37,879 nt of DNA, from positions 1 through 37,879 of the IMG/VR virus record IMGVR_UViG_3300012664_000059; one strand, written 5' to 3'. The position numbers were made by a program, and so were the translations under genes. Source of the stretch: a virus. Each line of letters begins with the position of its first letter. Position 1 is the stretch's first letter. Of the stretch, positions 1-8,676 are shown piece by piece. The notes below the pieces were generated by a model, which worked only from the letters and a program-made list of their open reading frames with translations, ran no database searches and had not been told where the DNA came from.

Positions 1-55
1 CGGTGTACCACTGGATGTGCTGGATTAACAAATCAAAGGAAACAAAATGATCTGT
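1..55. repeat. Terminal direct repeat (copy 1), identical to 37825-37879. Probably a circular-contig overlap.
   Basis: The 55-nt string cggtgtaccactggatgtgctggattaacaaatcaaaggaaacaaaatgatctgt occurs at both window ends. An ORF (37740-37874) and the start of the next gene read through the junction. Confidence 0.9.
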
Positions 56-634
56 GACGAATGCGAAACAGTCGCGCACTGCATGAAGAATGGGTGTGTG
101 CCTAAGACGACCAAGAAGGATGAAGCTTTGCGTCTTGCATTGGAGGCGTTGACACATGGGTGTCCACCCGATTGCAAAGACGGGATGACTGATTCGGGCG
201 GAATCCATCCTTGGGGTGAGGCTGCGCTCGTTCCCTGCCCGAATTGCGAAGCCATCACCGCCCTGCGAGAAGCACTGGCAGAGCAGCCAGCACAGCAGGA
301 GCCTGTGGCGTGGATTGTTGAAGATCAAAGCGGTGAGCGTCTTGAATGGGCCGGTGATGCTCATTCATGTCACGGAGTACCGACATTTCCCCTCTACACA
401 TCCCCACCAGCACAGCGCACATGGGTTGGTCTGACGGATGAGGAAAAGAAACACATCTTTCTTAAATGGTACGGAAAACATTGGGCATATACAAAACAAG
501 TGCAAGCTGTGATGGATGACGGTTACTACTGTGTGGTTTGCGGCAGATTCCTACTGGCCGTTGATGGTGTGGTGGTGCATGACAACGTGCCGCACCCAGA
601 CATGGCGTTTGACGATGAGGAAAGGCCGCAATGA
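47..634 (+). CDS. Hypothetical Cys-rich early protein (195 aa)
   Basis: ORF has an AAGGAA SD 7 nt upstream. Its ATG overlaps the stop of the upstream small ORF (ATGA). It has several CxxC-like pairs, and its stop overlaps the next start. Confidence 0.6.
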   Translation: MICDECETVAHCMKNGCVPKTTKKDEALRLALEALTHGCPPDCKDGMTDSGGIHPWGEAALVPCPNCEAITALREALAEQPAQQEPVAWIVEDQSGERLEWAGDAHSCHGVPTFPLYTSPPAQRTWVGLTDEEKKHIFLKWYGKHWAYTKQVQAVMDDGYYCVVCGRFLLAVDGVVVHDNVPHPDMAFDDEERPQ

Positions 635-1344
635 CCACACAACTGGTTCGTGATTCTATGAAGTTGATGGCTGACGCTGGCGTTGACATTGTGGACATTA
701 AATGGTTCGACCTGACCGGGGCGTTCTCGGAGCATCAACACGCCACCCTTGAGCCTGTGATGACACATCGCCCACCATTTGACAAATGTTTTGTCACTTG
801 GAAGGGAAAGACTCGTAGCCACCCGAGCTACGAGGTTCTTATGCTGGTGACTGGGACTGATCCAAATGAGGGCATCACGGTGTCAATGTGGAAGGGGCCA
901 AGCGGCACAAGGCTGCGCCCCATCCCTGCGATGTTTTATTTCATAGAGGATGACAACATTCGTTATGGCGCTGTCAATGATGATGAGCCGATAGACAAGG
1001 AACTGGCAGAGATCATGCTGGCGCAGATTGGGGTTTGGTACAGCGCTATGGATCAGCGTATTGAGGCTTACATCCCATCTATGCGTGACACCTTTACCAA
1101 CCGCCGCAAGGTACAGCAAGGCAAGCTGCCAACCTACGACTGGACAACGGTATGGATTGAGCCATCCAAGCCCCGCCAAGACCTTAAAGGGGGTGCGCAC
1201 GCATCACCCCGACTGCATGAGCGCAGAGGCCACCTGAGAAGGTTAAAAACGGGCAAAAACGTCTGGGTTAAATCGTGCAAGGTCGGCGATGCTGGCAAGG
1301 GTGCAATCTTTCACGACTACGCGATTAAGGAGAAGAACACATGA
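631..1344 (+). CDS. Hypothetical protein (237 aa) with a basic C-terminal HERRGHLRRLKTGK motif
   Basis: GAGGAAAGG SD; ATGA overlaps on both sides; no family recognised. Confidence 0.6.
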   Translation: MTTQLVRDSMKLMADAGVDIVDIKWFDLTGAFSEHQHATLEPVMTHRPPFDKCFVTWKGKTRSHPSYEVLMLVTGTDPNEGITVSMWKGPSGTRLRPIPAMFYFIEDDNIRYGAVNDDEPIDKELAEIMLAQIGVWYSAMDQRIEAYIPSMRDTFTNRRKVQQGKLPTYDWTTVWIEPSKPRQDLKGGAHASPRLHERRGHLRRLKTGKNVWVKSCKVGDAGKGAIFHDYAIKEKNT

Positions 1345-1523
1345 TTGACCCAAAGACCAAACGCATCACCATCCCCGTGAGTTGCGACATCGACTTGATC
1401 CGCGACCGCCTGGCTGCCGACACCGGCATCATGATGACCTACTCGCAGGTCTTCAACTTCTTGGTGCACTTCTACGTTGAACGCGCCAGTGAACCCAAAA
1501 GCAAATGGAGATCCCTGTCATGA
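1341..1523 (+). CDS. Hypothetical protein (60 aa)
   Basis: AAGGAG SD; ATGA coupling to both neighbours. Confidence 0.5.
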   Translation: MIDPKTKRITIPVSCDIDLIRDRLAADTGIMMTYSQVFNFLVHFYVERASEPKSKWRSLS

Positions 1524-1756
1524 ACATCGTTGTATATACAAAAGCCAACTGCCCCAACTGCGATTACGCCAAGAACCTGCTGAAGTCCAAGGAGCTGGAA
1601 CACAACACGATTGACGTTGAGCAGAATCCCGAAACGGCAAAGCTGTTGTTTGAGCAATACCCCGAAGCCCGCCAAATGCCTCAGATCTTCATCAAGGGGC
1701 AGCGTGTCGGCGGGCTGGCTGGTCTGCAAGTGGCGCTCAAGGAGTTGGGGTTATGA
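1520..1756 (+). CDS. Glutaredoxin / NrdH-like thioredoxin-fold protein (78 aa)
   Basis: VVYTKANCPNCDYAK active-site CxxC. C-terminal MPQIFIKGQRVGGLAGL is typical of glutaredoxins. Start placed at 1520 (ATGA overlap) rather than the track start at 1505. Confidence 0.85.
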   Translation: MNIVVYTKANCPNCDYAKNLLKSKELEHNTIDVEQNPETAKLLFEQYPEARQMPQIFIKGQRVGGLAGLQVALKELGL

Positions 1757-2043
1757 CGCCAGTGCGGCAAAGAAAGATCCGCACCCTGCTGCGCACAAAG
1801 CCGAGCGGCATGACGCCCTTGGAGATTGCAGAGGTTACGGGCATCCATGTGGCCAACGTCCGCACATCGCTCAGGGCCATGCCAGACGTGTACGTTGACC
1901 GCTGGCGAGCCGCCAAGCGTGGGCAATACGAGAAGGTGTGGGTCGCTGTGCCTGTGCCCGAGGACTGCCCGCACCCCAAAGACCGGCTGAAGTGGGGCGC
2001 GCACTACAAGAAGCCCAAGACGCAGTGGGTGACCATCGCATGA
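1753..2043 (+). CDS. Winged-helix/HTH DNA-binding protein (96 aa)
   Basis: The GMTPLEIAEVTGIHVANVRTSLRAM segment looks like an HTH. AAGGAG SD; ATGA coupling. Confidence 0.5.
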   Translation: MTPVRQRKIRTLLRTKPSGMTPLEIAEVTGIHVANVRTSLRAMPDVYVDRWRAAKRGQYEKVWVAVPVPEDCPHPKDRLKWGAHYKKPKTQWVTIA

Positions 2044-2312
2044 TCACCATCGTCCTGACCCAAACGCAGATCGAAGCCATCACAACACCGGCCATTCAGC
2101 AGTTCAAGGCCGAGTTGGTCGTTCAGGCAAACGACCACGCACGAAAAGTGAAGGCTTTGCAACGCGCTGCCAACGCCAAAGTAGACCGCGCTGACCAAAG
2201 GTGCACCGACTGGAAGCTGCGATACAACGAGACGCGCAAGCTGCTGCTGGCTGCGCAAGCCGAAAACGTGGTGCTCAAGCGCCGCATCCGAACCGCTGAC
2301 TGGGAGGAATGA
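2040..2312 (+). CDS. Hypothetical coiled-coil protein (90 aa)
   Basis: The in-frame ATG at 2040 overlaps the upstream stop (ATGA). Heptad-like charged sequence. Confidence 0.45.
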   Translation: MITIVLTQTQIEAITTPAIQQFKAELVVQANDHARKVKALQRAANAKVDRADQRCTDWKLRYNETRKLLLAAQAENVVLKRRIRTADWEE

Positions 2313-2313
2313 A

Positions 2314-2535
2314 ATGACAAACTGCTGCGACGACTACGGGAACTGCGATCAGGGGCGAAACTGCCCTATCCGGCACACTGGAGTAGCTAGGGTGGGCCGC
2401 AAGATGCACGCCTCTGAGATGATCATTGAGAGCCTCTGGCGCTACCGGCTCAAGAAGCTGGCTTACTGGATGCTGATGGCCATCTTGGGGTTATTGTGGC
2501 TGGGCTTCCTGTTAGCTGTAACCTCGTGTACCTGA
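2314..2535 (+). CDS. Small Cys-rich protein with a C-terminal transmembrane helix (73 aa)
   Basis: GGGAGGA SD. N-terminal CCDDYGNCDQGRNCP and C-terminal hydrophobic stretch WMLMAILGLLWLGFLLAV. Last gene of the plus arm. Confidence 0.5.
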   Translation: MTNCCDDYGNCDQGRNCPIRHTGVARVGRKMHASEMIIESLWRYRLKKLAYWMLMAILGLLWLGFLLAVTSCT

Positions 2536-2952
2536 CTTGTCGATGATCAGCGCCTGTCTGCGGGCAGGCGTGTCGATCGTGTTGGGCACACTGATGTGGG
2601 TCCAGCGGTCGAACTCACGGATGATCTGGTCGAAGTTGATGCCGCTGACCATCACAGCCTTGACCACTTGGTCTGGCGTCATGCCTGGCACACGGATGTC
2701 GGCGGCGCAGCCGATGCGGTGTTGGCTGGTGTCTTTGCTGCCCACGGCATCGTTGACCTGCTTGGACCGAAAGGCGCTGTTGATCATGATGGGCTTGCCG
2801 CCCAGCACCACCTTGACCTGCTCCAGCAGATCGGCCAGTCGTGCGAGGTTCTCGCGCTCGTAACCGTTGGGGTTGTTGTCCCAGCCGTTGCGCTCGGCGG
2901 TCTCGGAGGCGGTCAGTTCTTCAAGGGAAAAATGTGGTGTCACTTGGGTCAT
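2512..2952 (-). CDS. Endolysin, peptidase M15A (D-Ala-D-Ala carboxypeptidase-like) family
   Basis: The FSLEELTASETA start, SQHRIGCAADI (H..D zinc ligands) and WTHISV (third His) match the M15 cell-wall peptidase signature. It follows a holin gene. Confidence 0.85.
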   Translation of the reverse strand: MTQVTPHFSLEELTASETAERNGWDNNPNGYERENLARLADLLEQVKVVLGGKPIMINSAFRSKQVNDAVGSKDTSQHRIGCAADIRVPGMTPDQVVKAVMVSGINFDQIIREFDRWTHISVPNTIDTPARRQALIIDKSGTRGYS

Positions 2953-3359
2953 TTCTTGCTCCTCATGTCAGCCAGCTTCTCCACAGTCCGGCCACCGAAG
3001 TAGGCCAAGAAAATGATCTGACCCCACTGGCCCAGCAACTGGACGTAGGACTCTTGAGCGTTGTAGCCAAAAGCCGACATGGCTGTGAAGATGAAATACG
3101 CCACAAAGATGGCAATCAGGGCCATGGGGCGGATGTTTTTGGACAGCCAAGAGTCAGACCCCATGTCGGCTTTCCAGCGGTCGCTGACTGCTGTCTGCTC
3201 AACCTCGAACAGTTTGGTGTCGTTGGCCATCCGCGCCAGTTCACCATCCTGCGCCATCTTGGCCAGATCCAGTTGGGCCTTGGCCTTGGCTTCGGGGTCG
3301 GGGATCAGTTTGTCGATCAGCTTGCCGCCGACTTCAAGGAGTGCGGTGAGTGGGAACAT
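2949..3359 (-). CDS. Holin, 3-TM GTA-type family
   Basis: N-terminal LIDKLIPDPEAKAKAQLDL plus C-terminal hydrophobic helices resemble the holin-of-3TMs family. ATGA overlap with the endolysin start. Confidence 0.6.
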   Translation of the reverse strand: MFPLTALLEVGGKLIDKLIPDPEAKAKAQLDLAKMAQDGELARMANDTKLFEVEQTAVSDRWKADMGSDSWLSKNIRPMALIAIFVAYFIFTAMSAFGYNAQESYVQLLGQWGQIIFLAYFGGRTVEKLADMRSKK

Positions 3360-3361
3360 GG

Positions 3362-3766
3362 TCAGACCTTTGTGATGATGTCGTCGCCCTTGGACACGGT
3401 GACCTTGTCGCCCTGCACATCGACGCGCATGGGCTGGTCCAGCTTGTCAAGGCGTTCGATGAGGGATTTGATCACCTCAAACTCGGGCTTCTCTTGCTTG
3501 GGGTTTGCCCCAGCAATGCCGTTCATCATGGAGATCAGCGCAGTCAGCGCGGCACCGAGCAGACCCATCACTGCGGCGATCTTTTCGTTGTCGAGAATTA
3601 CCGATGCGCCCACGCCCAGTGTGATGATGAGGGTGATGTAGAACAGGCCGTTCTCACCAATGGCCTTGCCCGCAACCTCTTTGGCCGTGGTGTTGGCGTA
3701 CATCCGATTGAGTTCCACCTCGGCCTCGGCCTTGATGACGGCAATTTGTTGTTTGATCTCGGTCAT
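3362..3766 (-). CDS. Membrane protein (134 aa), lysis-cassette or virion associated
   Basis: Two central hydrophobic helices (LFYITLIITLGVGASVIL, AAVMGLLGAALTALISMM). Packed between the holin and another small TM protein. Confidence 0.5.
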   Translation of the reverse strand: MTEIKQQIAVIKAEAEVELNRMYANTTAKEVAGKAIGENGLFYITLIITLGVGASVILDNEKIAAVMGLLGAALTALISMMNGIAGANPKQEKPEFEVIKSLIERLDKLDQPMRVDVQGDKVTVSKGDDIITKV

Positions 3767-3767
3767 C

Positions 3768-4001
3768 TCAATGCCCCTTGGCCCAGCTTATGGCAAAGCC
3801 CACCGCACTGGAGATAAAGGACACAAAGGCCATGCCAGCCCAGAATCCACCGCGGCCCTGGTTGGCCAAGGCCACCAGCTTCTCAACGTTGTTTTCCATC
3901 TTGTCCATCTTGGCGCTCATCTCGTCAAAGCGGCGCTCGTAGTTCGCAACGCGCTCCCACAGCACGCCATATTTCACTGGGTCAATCTCAGGTGTGCTCA
4001 T
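3768..4001 (-). CDS. Small coiled-coil protein with a C-terminal TM helix (77 aa)
   Basis: FWAGMAFVSFISSAVGFAISW hydrophobic tail; its start overlaps the stop of the upstream gene. Confidence 0.5.
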   Translation of the reverse strand: MSTPEIDPVKYGVLWERVANYERRFDEMSAKMDKMENNVEKLVALANQGRGGFWAGMAFVSFISSAVGFAISWAKGH

Positions 4002-5851
4002 TACTTCACCAATGCGTTACGATTTTCTGATTTTGGTGCCAATGTGTTTGGCTGCTCCAAAGCCTTTTCAAGTTTCTTGGAAACTTCTCGAGTTCTGGCA
4101 AGCCCAGCGACCGTGCTGGCACCAGGAACTCGCAAAGATTGTAAAGCCTCCAAACCACGCAGCACAGCGCCAGAGGTGTTGGAATAGTTAACGGCACCAG
4201 GCTCTTTAACCACCACATCTTTGATGGCATCGCGCAAGTCAAGGATCTGATCTCGGCCAGCCTTGCCAAACATATATGCCAGCTTGTCTTCCGAATCCAG
4301 TTGAGTGACCAAGGTGTTCAGGTTTTTGAAAGACATCTGGTCACCCTTGGTGAGCATTTCTTTCATGTGCTGAATCGTTTGGCCTTGCAATTCGGCGTAA
4401 GCCTGCCGGCCTTCAGGGCCAGCTTTTTTGAGCAGGCTGGTGACGCTGCGCATTTCTTCCAGAGATCCGTCCAGCACCACATGCTTGAACACATCATCAA
4501 GCGCCACTCTGCGGTCTGTGTAACCGGCCTTGGTGCCAAGCAACTTGTCCACACGGCCAACGTCTTCAAACTCTTTGGCCAGTTGCTTACGAGCCGCACG
4601 AGCAGCTTGGTACATTTCGCCGCCAGCACCCTCACCCATGTCGGTGATGATCTTTTTCAGTTCACCGGCATTTGGCGAGTTTTTGACCCTGCCGATTTGC
4701 TGGTAAATGTCTTCCAGCGCCCGAACCGTGATCGCACCAGTCTTGCCTGGGTCATTCATGGCCAACGACTCAGCCACTGAATCCAAGATTGGATCCAGCT
4801 TTTGGCGTGTTGTTGGAGTCTTGCTGTTGATGTAATCCAGCAGACCTTGGTAAGACACCGGCTGCAATGTCTCACCTGCTGTGTCGGCTTTGGCGTACAA
4901 GTCTTTGTAGACGTTGTACTTCTTGGTGTATTCGTCGTTCAACGCCTTGTCAACAATCTTGCCAACCTGACGCATTTGCGTTGGATCTGCCACTTCTGCA
5001 CCAACTTCAGATGTCATGCGTTCAAAGTTGTTGACAATTTGTTGTTTTTGGTTGGCCTTAAAACCACGCACTTGTTCAGCCAACTTGGTCTTGGCATCAT
5101 CAGAGATGCCAGTCAAAACACCGCGCTGTGCCTCGGACTCAAACTGCTGCAATGCCAAGTTCTTGGTGCGCTCACCAGCCGTGGCAGGAATGCCAAGACG
5201 TGCCAAGCGTTCTTCGCGCATAGCCTGCTCTGCCGTGCTGGCTGCGCCCATGCCTTGCATTTGAGGCTGTTCACGAATCATCACATTAGCCAGCGCATTG
5301 CGTGCGGGGGCTGTGGCCTGCCGAGCCATGGCGCTGGTTTGCTGCATAGCAGGGCCGGCCAAAGCGTTCAATGTGGCACCAGTTGCGCCAAGGGTTGGTG
5401 GCAAGGCGGCAGTCAATGGCTGCAAGAATTCACCAACAGCGCCCAAGGCTTGTTGTGCAGTCTGTGTGCGCGGCTGGTACTGAACCGCCTTCATGGCCTC
5501 TTGGCCAGCACGGACGCCTTCTTGCGTGCCGAACTTGCCGCTGGCCAAAGAACCAACTGCACCAACGATAGGTGAAATCAATCCTCCACCAAGGGTGGCA
5601 ACCGCAGCCAATGGCGTTTCAATGACGCCGGCAATGCGGTCGCGCATGGGCACTTCTTTTGGCTGCTCTGGCAACGTGATGTTGCCTTCACCGCCAGGTA
5701 TCAATGCAGATGCACCCAAGCCAATCGTTTTGTAAAAGTCCATCTTGGGGATGGACGAATAAAACTTCTGGTGCAACGAGTCGGCCAGCTTGATGTCTGG
5801 CACGGCATCGTATTGCGGGTACTGTGCGCGGAATTCTGCAAGTGTTGCCAT
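4001..5851 (-). CDS. Internal virion / ejection protein (616 aa; P22 gp16-like by size and position)
   Basis: Third of three consecutive Ala/Gln/Gly-rich genes after the tail genes. The size order of about 270/459/616 aa mirrors P22 gp7/gp20/gp16. No motif-level proof. Confidence 0.45.
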   Translation of the reverse strand: MATLAEFRAQYPQYDAVPDIKLADSLHQKFYSSIPKMDFYKTIGLGASALIPGGEGNITLPEQPKEVPMRDRIAGVIETPLAAVATLGGGLISPIVGAVGSLASGKFGTQEGVRAGQEAMKAVQYQPRTQTAQQALGAVGEFLQPLTAALPPTLGATGATLNALAGPAMQQTSAMARQATAPARNALANVMIREQPQMQGMGAASTAEQAMREERLARLGIPATAGERTKNLALQQFESEAQRGVLTGISDDAKTKLAEQVRGFKANQKQQIVNNFERMTSEVGAEVADPTQMRQVGKIVDKALNDEYTKKYNVYKDLYAKADTAGETLQPVSYQGLLDYINSKTPTTRQKLDPILDSVAESLAMNDPGKTGAITVRALEDIYQQIGRVKNSPNAGELKKIITDMGEGAGGEMYQAARAARKQLAKEFEDVGRVDKLLGTKAGYTDRRVALDDVFKHVVLDGSLEEMRSVTSLLKKAGPEGRQAYAELQGQTIQHMKEMLTKGDQMSFKNLNTLVTQLDSEDKLAYMFGKAGRDQILDLRDAIKDVVVKEPGAVNYSNTSGAVLRGLEALQSLRVPGASTVAGLARTREVSKKLEKALEQPNTLAPKSENRNALVK

Positions 5852-7231
5852 TTATCGGCCCCCAATTCCAAGTCCCAGTGGATCGTTCGGGTTTGCGCCT
5901 GGCAGACCGCCCGCGCCGCCCATTTGCTTGGCACCTGGCCCAGCTTGGATTTCCATTGCACGAATCGCAGTTTTGCGGGCTGCTTGTTTTTGTGCAATGG
6001 TGGCCTCGTCATCGCCAGGCTTGGGGAAATAATTTCTTTCGGCAGTTGCAAATTCACTTGGAGCAATAGAAGCACCCGATTCTTTTCGCAAAATTGCCGT
6101 AATAAAATTGATCCTTGCTTGCGCAACTTTTTGCTGCTCTGGGCTTAGACCACCCAAAATTCCTGGCAATGCGTTAAACACAGAACCAGAAACACCTTCT
6201 AATTTGTCACCAATAAATGGTACAAGGCCAACAGCGCCACCAACCGCACCACTAATCAGGCCAGTATTTGTTTTGCCTTTGGTTTCAAGTGGTTCCAAAA
6301 TAGCATTGGCCTCTTTCATCCTCATGCCGTAAGCCGTGGCGTTGCCTTGGCTTTCGGTCAAGGCCGTGCCCTTGCCCTTGAATGGCACAGCACCTCCTGC
6401 CGGCGCTGCACCGGCTGAGACACCGGCAACAGGCGCACCGCCAGCAGGAGCTGCCGCGCCAATCGTAATCGGCACCGCTTGCAACGTGCGCTTGTTCACG
6501 CCGTACATCGTGCCGTCTTCGCCTTCTTTGACTTCGTAGCCTGGGTTGGCTTTTTCCCATGCCAGACGTTGTTGCGCCACGCCCAACTGACCTCGTGCAA
6601 TCTGGTTTTGCGCTTTCTGCGCTTCAGACATTTGCTCTTTAAAGACTTGGCCTGGTGTAAATCTTCCAGCAAAGTCTGTTGTTCCGGTCTGCACACCAAC
6701 ACCTGGCACAGACATACTTTGGAACTTGGGCAATAGTTTGTCAGCTTCTAAAGCATGGCCAGACGCCCAAGCCTTAACCTGCTCAGGGGCCATTTGTTGA
6801 ACCTCTGCAATGTCATCTGACATATCAACGCCGGTCAGTTGCTGATATCGTTGCAGTTCTTGAATAGCCGACTCGGGTCTGTTCATAATTCGAGTGGCAG
6901 ACGTTTTGAGCAACTCGAATTGGGACTTCGCTGCCGCAAGTTTGTCTGTGCGCTGTTTGGCCAGCGCGGCTTCGGTGGCCAGCGCCTGCTTGCCCAAACC
7001 AGCTTTGCGGTAACGTCCAGCCAGATCTTCCAGCGAAGCAGAACCTTTGACAGCCTCAGACTCGGCCATTGCCTCTTGTTCGCCGCGCAAAGCGTTGCGC
7101 AACTGAATGTCGCTCAGTTGGCGCTGCTGTTGCTGCTGAAGCAAAGCGTTCTGCTGGTCTTGACCTTGCATCAAGCCTTCTGCAAAGTTGGCGGGGCCAG
7201 CTTGCCGGAGAAGGTTAAAGTTAACTGCCAT
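5852..7231 (-). CDS. Internal virion / ejection protein (459 aa; P22 gp20-like by size and position)
   Basis: Gln-rich coiled N-terminus and Gly/Ala-rich centre. Directly abuts the next gene. Confidence 0.45.
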   Translation of the reverse strand: MAVNFNLLRQAGPANFAEGLMQGQDQQNALLQQQQQRQLSDIQLRNALRGEQEAMAESEAVKGSASLEDLAGRYRKAGLGKQALATEAALAKQRTDKLAAAKSQFELLKTSATRIMNRPESAIQELQRYQQLTGVDMSDDIAEVQQMAPEQVKAWASGHALEADKLLPKFQSMSVPGVGVQTGTTDFAGRFTPGQVFKEQMSEAQKAQNQIARGQLGVAQQRLAWEKANPGYEVKEGEDGTMYGVNKRTLQAVPITIGAAAPAGGAPVAGVSAGAAPAGGAVPFKGKGTALTESQGNATAYGMRMKEANAILEPLETKGKTNTGLISGAVGGAVGLVPFIGDKLEGVSGSVFNALPGILGGLSPEQQKVAQARINFITAILRKESGASIAPSEFATAERNYFPKPGDDEATIAQKQAARKTAIRAMEIQAGPGAKQMGGAGGLPGANPNDPLGLGIGGR

Positions 7232-7240
7232 GATCAGTCC

Positions 7241-8053
7241 TTAGAAATATTGACCGAGGTCTTGATTGCCGTACGCCATTCCAGACCCAAAGCCAGAGCC
7301 GCCAAAATCAGTTTGACTAAACGCTGCCTGCGCTGACGAGCCAAGGGATGGAGTCAGGTATTTGTTCAATGCGCTACCCACTTGACCGTACGACGACGAA
7401 CGGGCTTGCTGTGCGGCTAACAGCGCGTTGGCGCTGTTCACACCTTGACCAGCCATAGCATTGCCTGCGTTCGTAGCGTAATTTTGACCCGAAGTAGTCA
7501 TGGCCCCAGCGGCTGTTGGCGCAAAACCTACAACGCCCGCAAGCGCATTGCGGCGCAAGCCCTGCGTATCGCGGAACCGGTTGTAGGCGTTGCCAAACTC
7601 TTGAGACGCCATGTCTTGACCGTAACGTTGAGCAGCTTTCAGTGCACTACCTGAGATCATGCCGCCACGAGCAGCAGCTTGGCGGTCCAATGCCTTTTGC
7701 CCTTCGGACAGACGAAAGGCATAGCCTGGGTCAGCTTGGTAATCGGCTTGCGAAAACCCGCGCACCAACTCGCCGTCCTGCCCAATACCTTGAAGGTAAC
7801 CGGGGAGAGCGTTGACACCTGCCTGATAGAAAGGCTGTTGCCGTGCAACACCTTCTTCGTACATCCGGCGCTGAAGATCGATGCTCGACTGCGCACCAGC
7901 GTTTGCAGCGTTAGCTGCATCCTGCGCTGCACCAGATCCCCCGCCGCCGCTGACTTCTTCCACCGAACCACCAAGTGATGCGCCTAAAGCTGCACCGGCT
8001 GGGCCACCAAGGAAAAACCCCGCAGCACCACCTAAAAGACTACCCCATCCCAT
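7241..8053 (-). CDS. Gly-rich internal virion protein (270 aa; P22 gp7-like by position)
   Basis: MGWGSLLGGAAGFFLGGPAGAALGASLGG hydrophobic Gly-zipper N-terminus. Position is upstream of the two larger ejection-like genes. Confidence 0.4.
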   Translation of the reverse strand: MGWGSLLGGAAGFFLGGPAGAALGASLGGSVEEVSGGGGSGAAQDAANAANAGAQSSIDLQRRMYEEGVARQQPFYQAGVNALPGYLQGIGQDGELVRGFSQADYQADPGYAFRLSEGQKALDRQAAARGGMISGSALKAAQRYGQDMASQEFGNAYNRFRDTQGLRRNALAGVVGFAPTAAGAMTTSGQNYATNAGNAMAGQGVNSANALLAAQQARSSSYGQVGSALNKYLTPSLGSSAQAAFSQTDFGGSGFGSGMAYGNQDLGQYF

Positions 8054-8108
8054 AATGTTCTCCTTAATCCGGTTTACTGACTAAACGCCAGATTGATTGC
8101 ATTTCGCA

Positions 8109-8387
8109 TCACGTTTTCCCTTCAGCAAAAACATTTACGAACACGGTATTATCTTCCAACGCCTCAATCTCGTGCCACTCGGTGCCCACAAGGTTCACCG
8201 GCTTGGTGTTCTTATTCATCACCAACTCACGGCCTTCTTTACGCACAGCAATGCTGCCTGCGTGGCACATGGTCAGATGAGAATACAAATGCTCGTGCCG
8301 AGGCAAGCCTTGGCCTTTGTTGGTGTGGTACACATTCAGTCTGGTCCCGTCTTGCGTGACGCTGAAGTACGGCTCCACAACGATCAC
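8109..8387 (-). CDS. Cupin-fold small protein (92 aa), GTG start
   Basis: GQGLPRHEHLYSHLT (cupin motif 1-like, HxH) and GTEWHEIEAL (motif 2-like). GTGA overlap with the upstream gene. Confidence 0.5.
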   Translation of the reverse strand: MIVVEPYFSVTQDGTRLNVYHTNKGQGLPRHEHLYSHLTMCHAGSIAVRKEGRELVMNKNTKPVNLVGTEWHEIEALEDNTVFVNVFAEGKT

Positions 8388-8674
8388 AGCGTTTGCGCCC
8401 CATCAACCGTTGGCTGCACTGGCTCAGGCTGTGGCGCGGGGTCGGGAACAATTTTTACTTGGCTGTCGGCGGAATCGTAATAAAACCCCTCGGCGGCCAC
8501 GTTGTCAGAGCACTCAACCCAAAACAAAGGCGGTGCAACTTCAAAAATTTGCTCTAAAACTTCTGCGACACGTTCACCAATTGTGGTGTACACGGGAACG
8601 TAAGTGTTTCCCGCAAGCTCCCAAGCAGAAATGTAGGTCACTTCTTCGGTGGGGGAAATCAAAGCATTTTTCAT
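8384..8674 (-). CDS. Hypothetical protein (96 aa) immediately downstream of the tail fibre gene
   Basis: Start taken at MKNALISPTEE (ATG 8672-8674), 2 nt after the fibre stop. The longer track ORF (to 8956) is an Arg-rich out-of-frame read of the Gly-rich fibre gene. Confidence 0.5.
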   Translation of the reverse strand: MKNALISPTEEVTYISAWELAGNTYVPVYTTIGERVAEVLEQIFEVAPPLFWVECSDNVAAEGFYYDSADSQVKIVPDPAPQPEPVQPTVDGAQTL

Positions 8675-8676
8675 TT

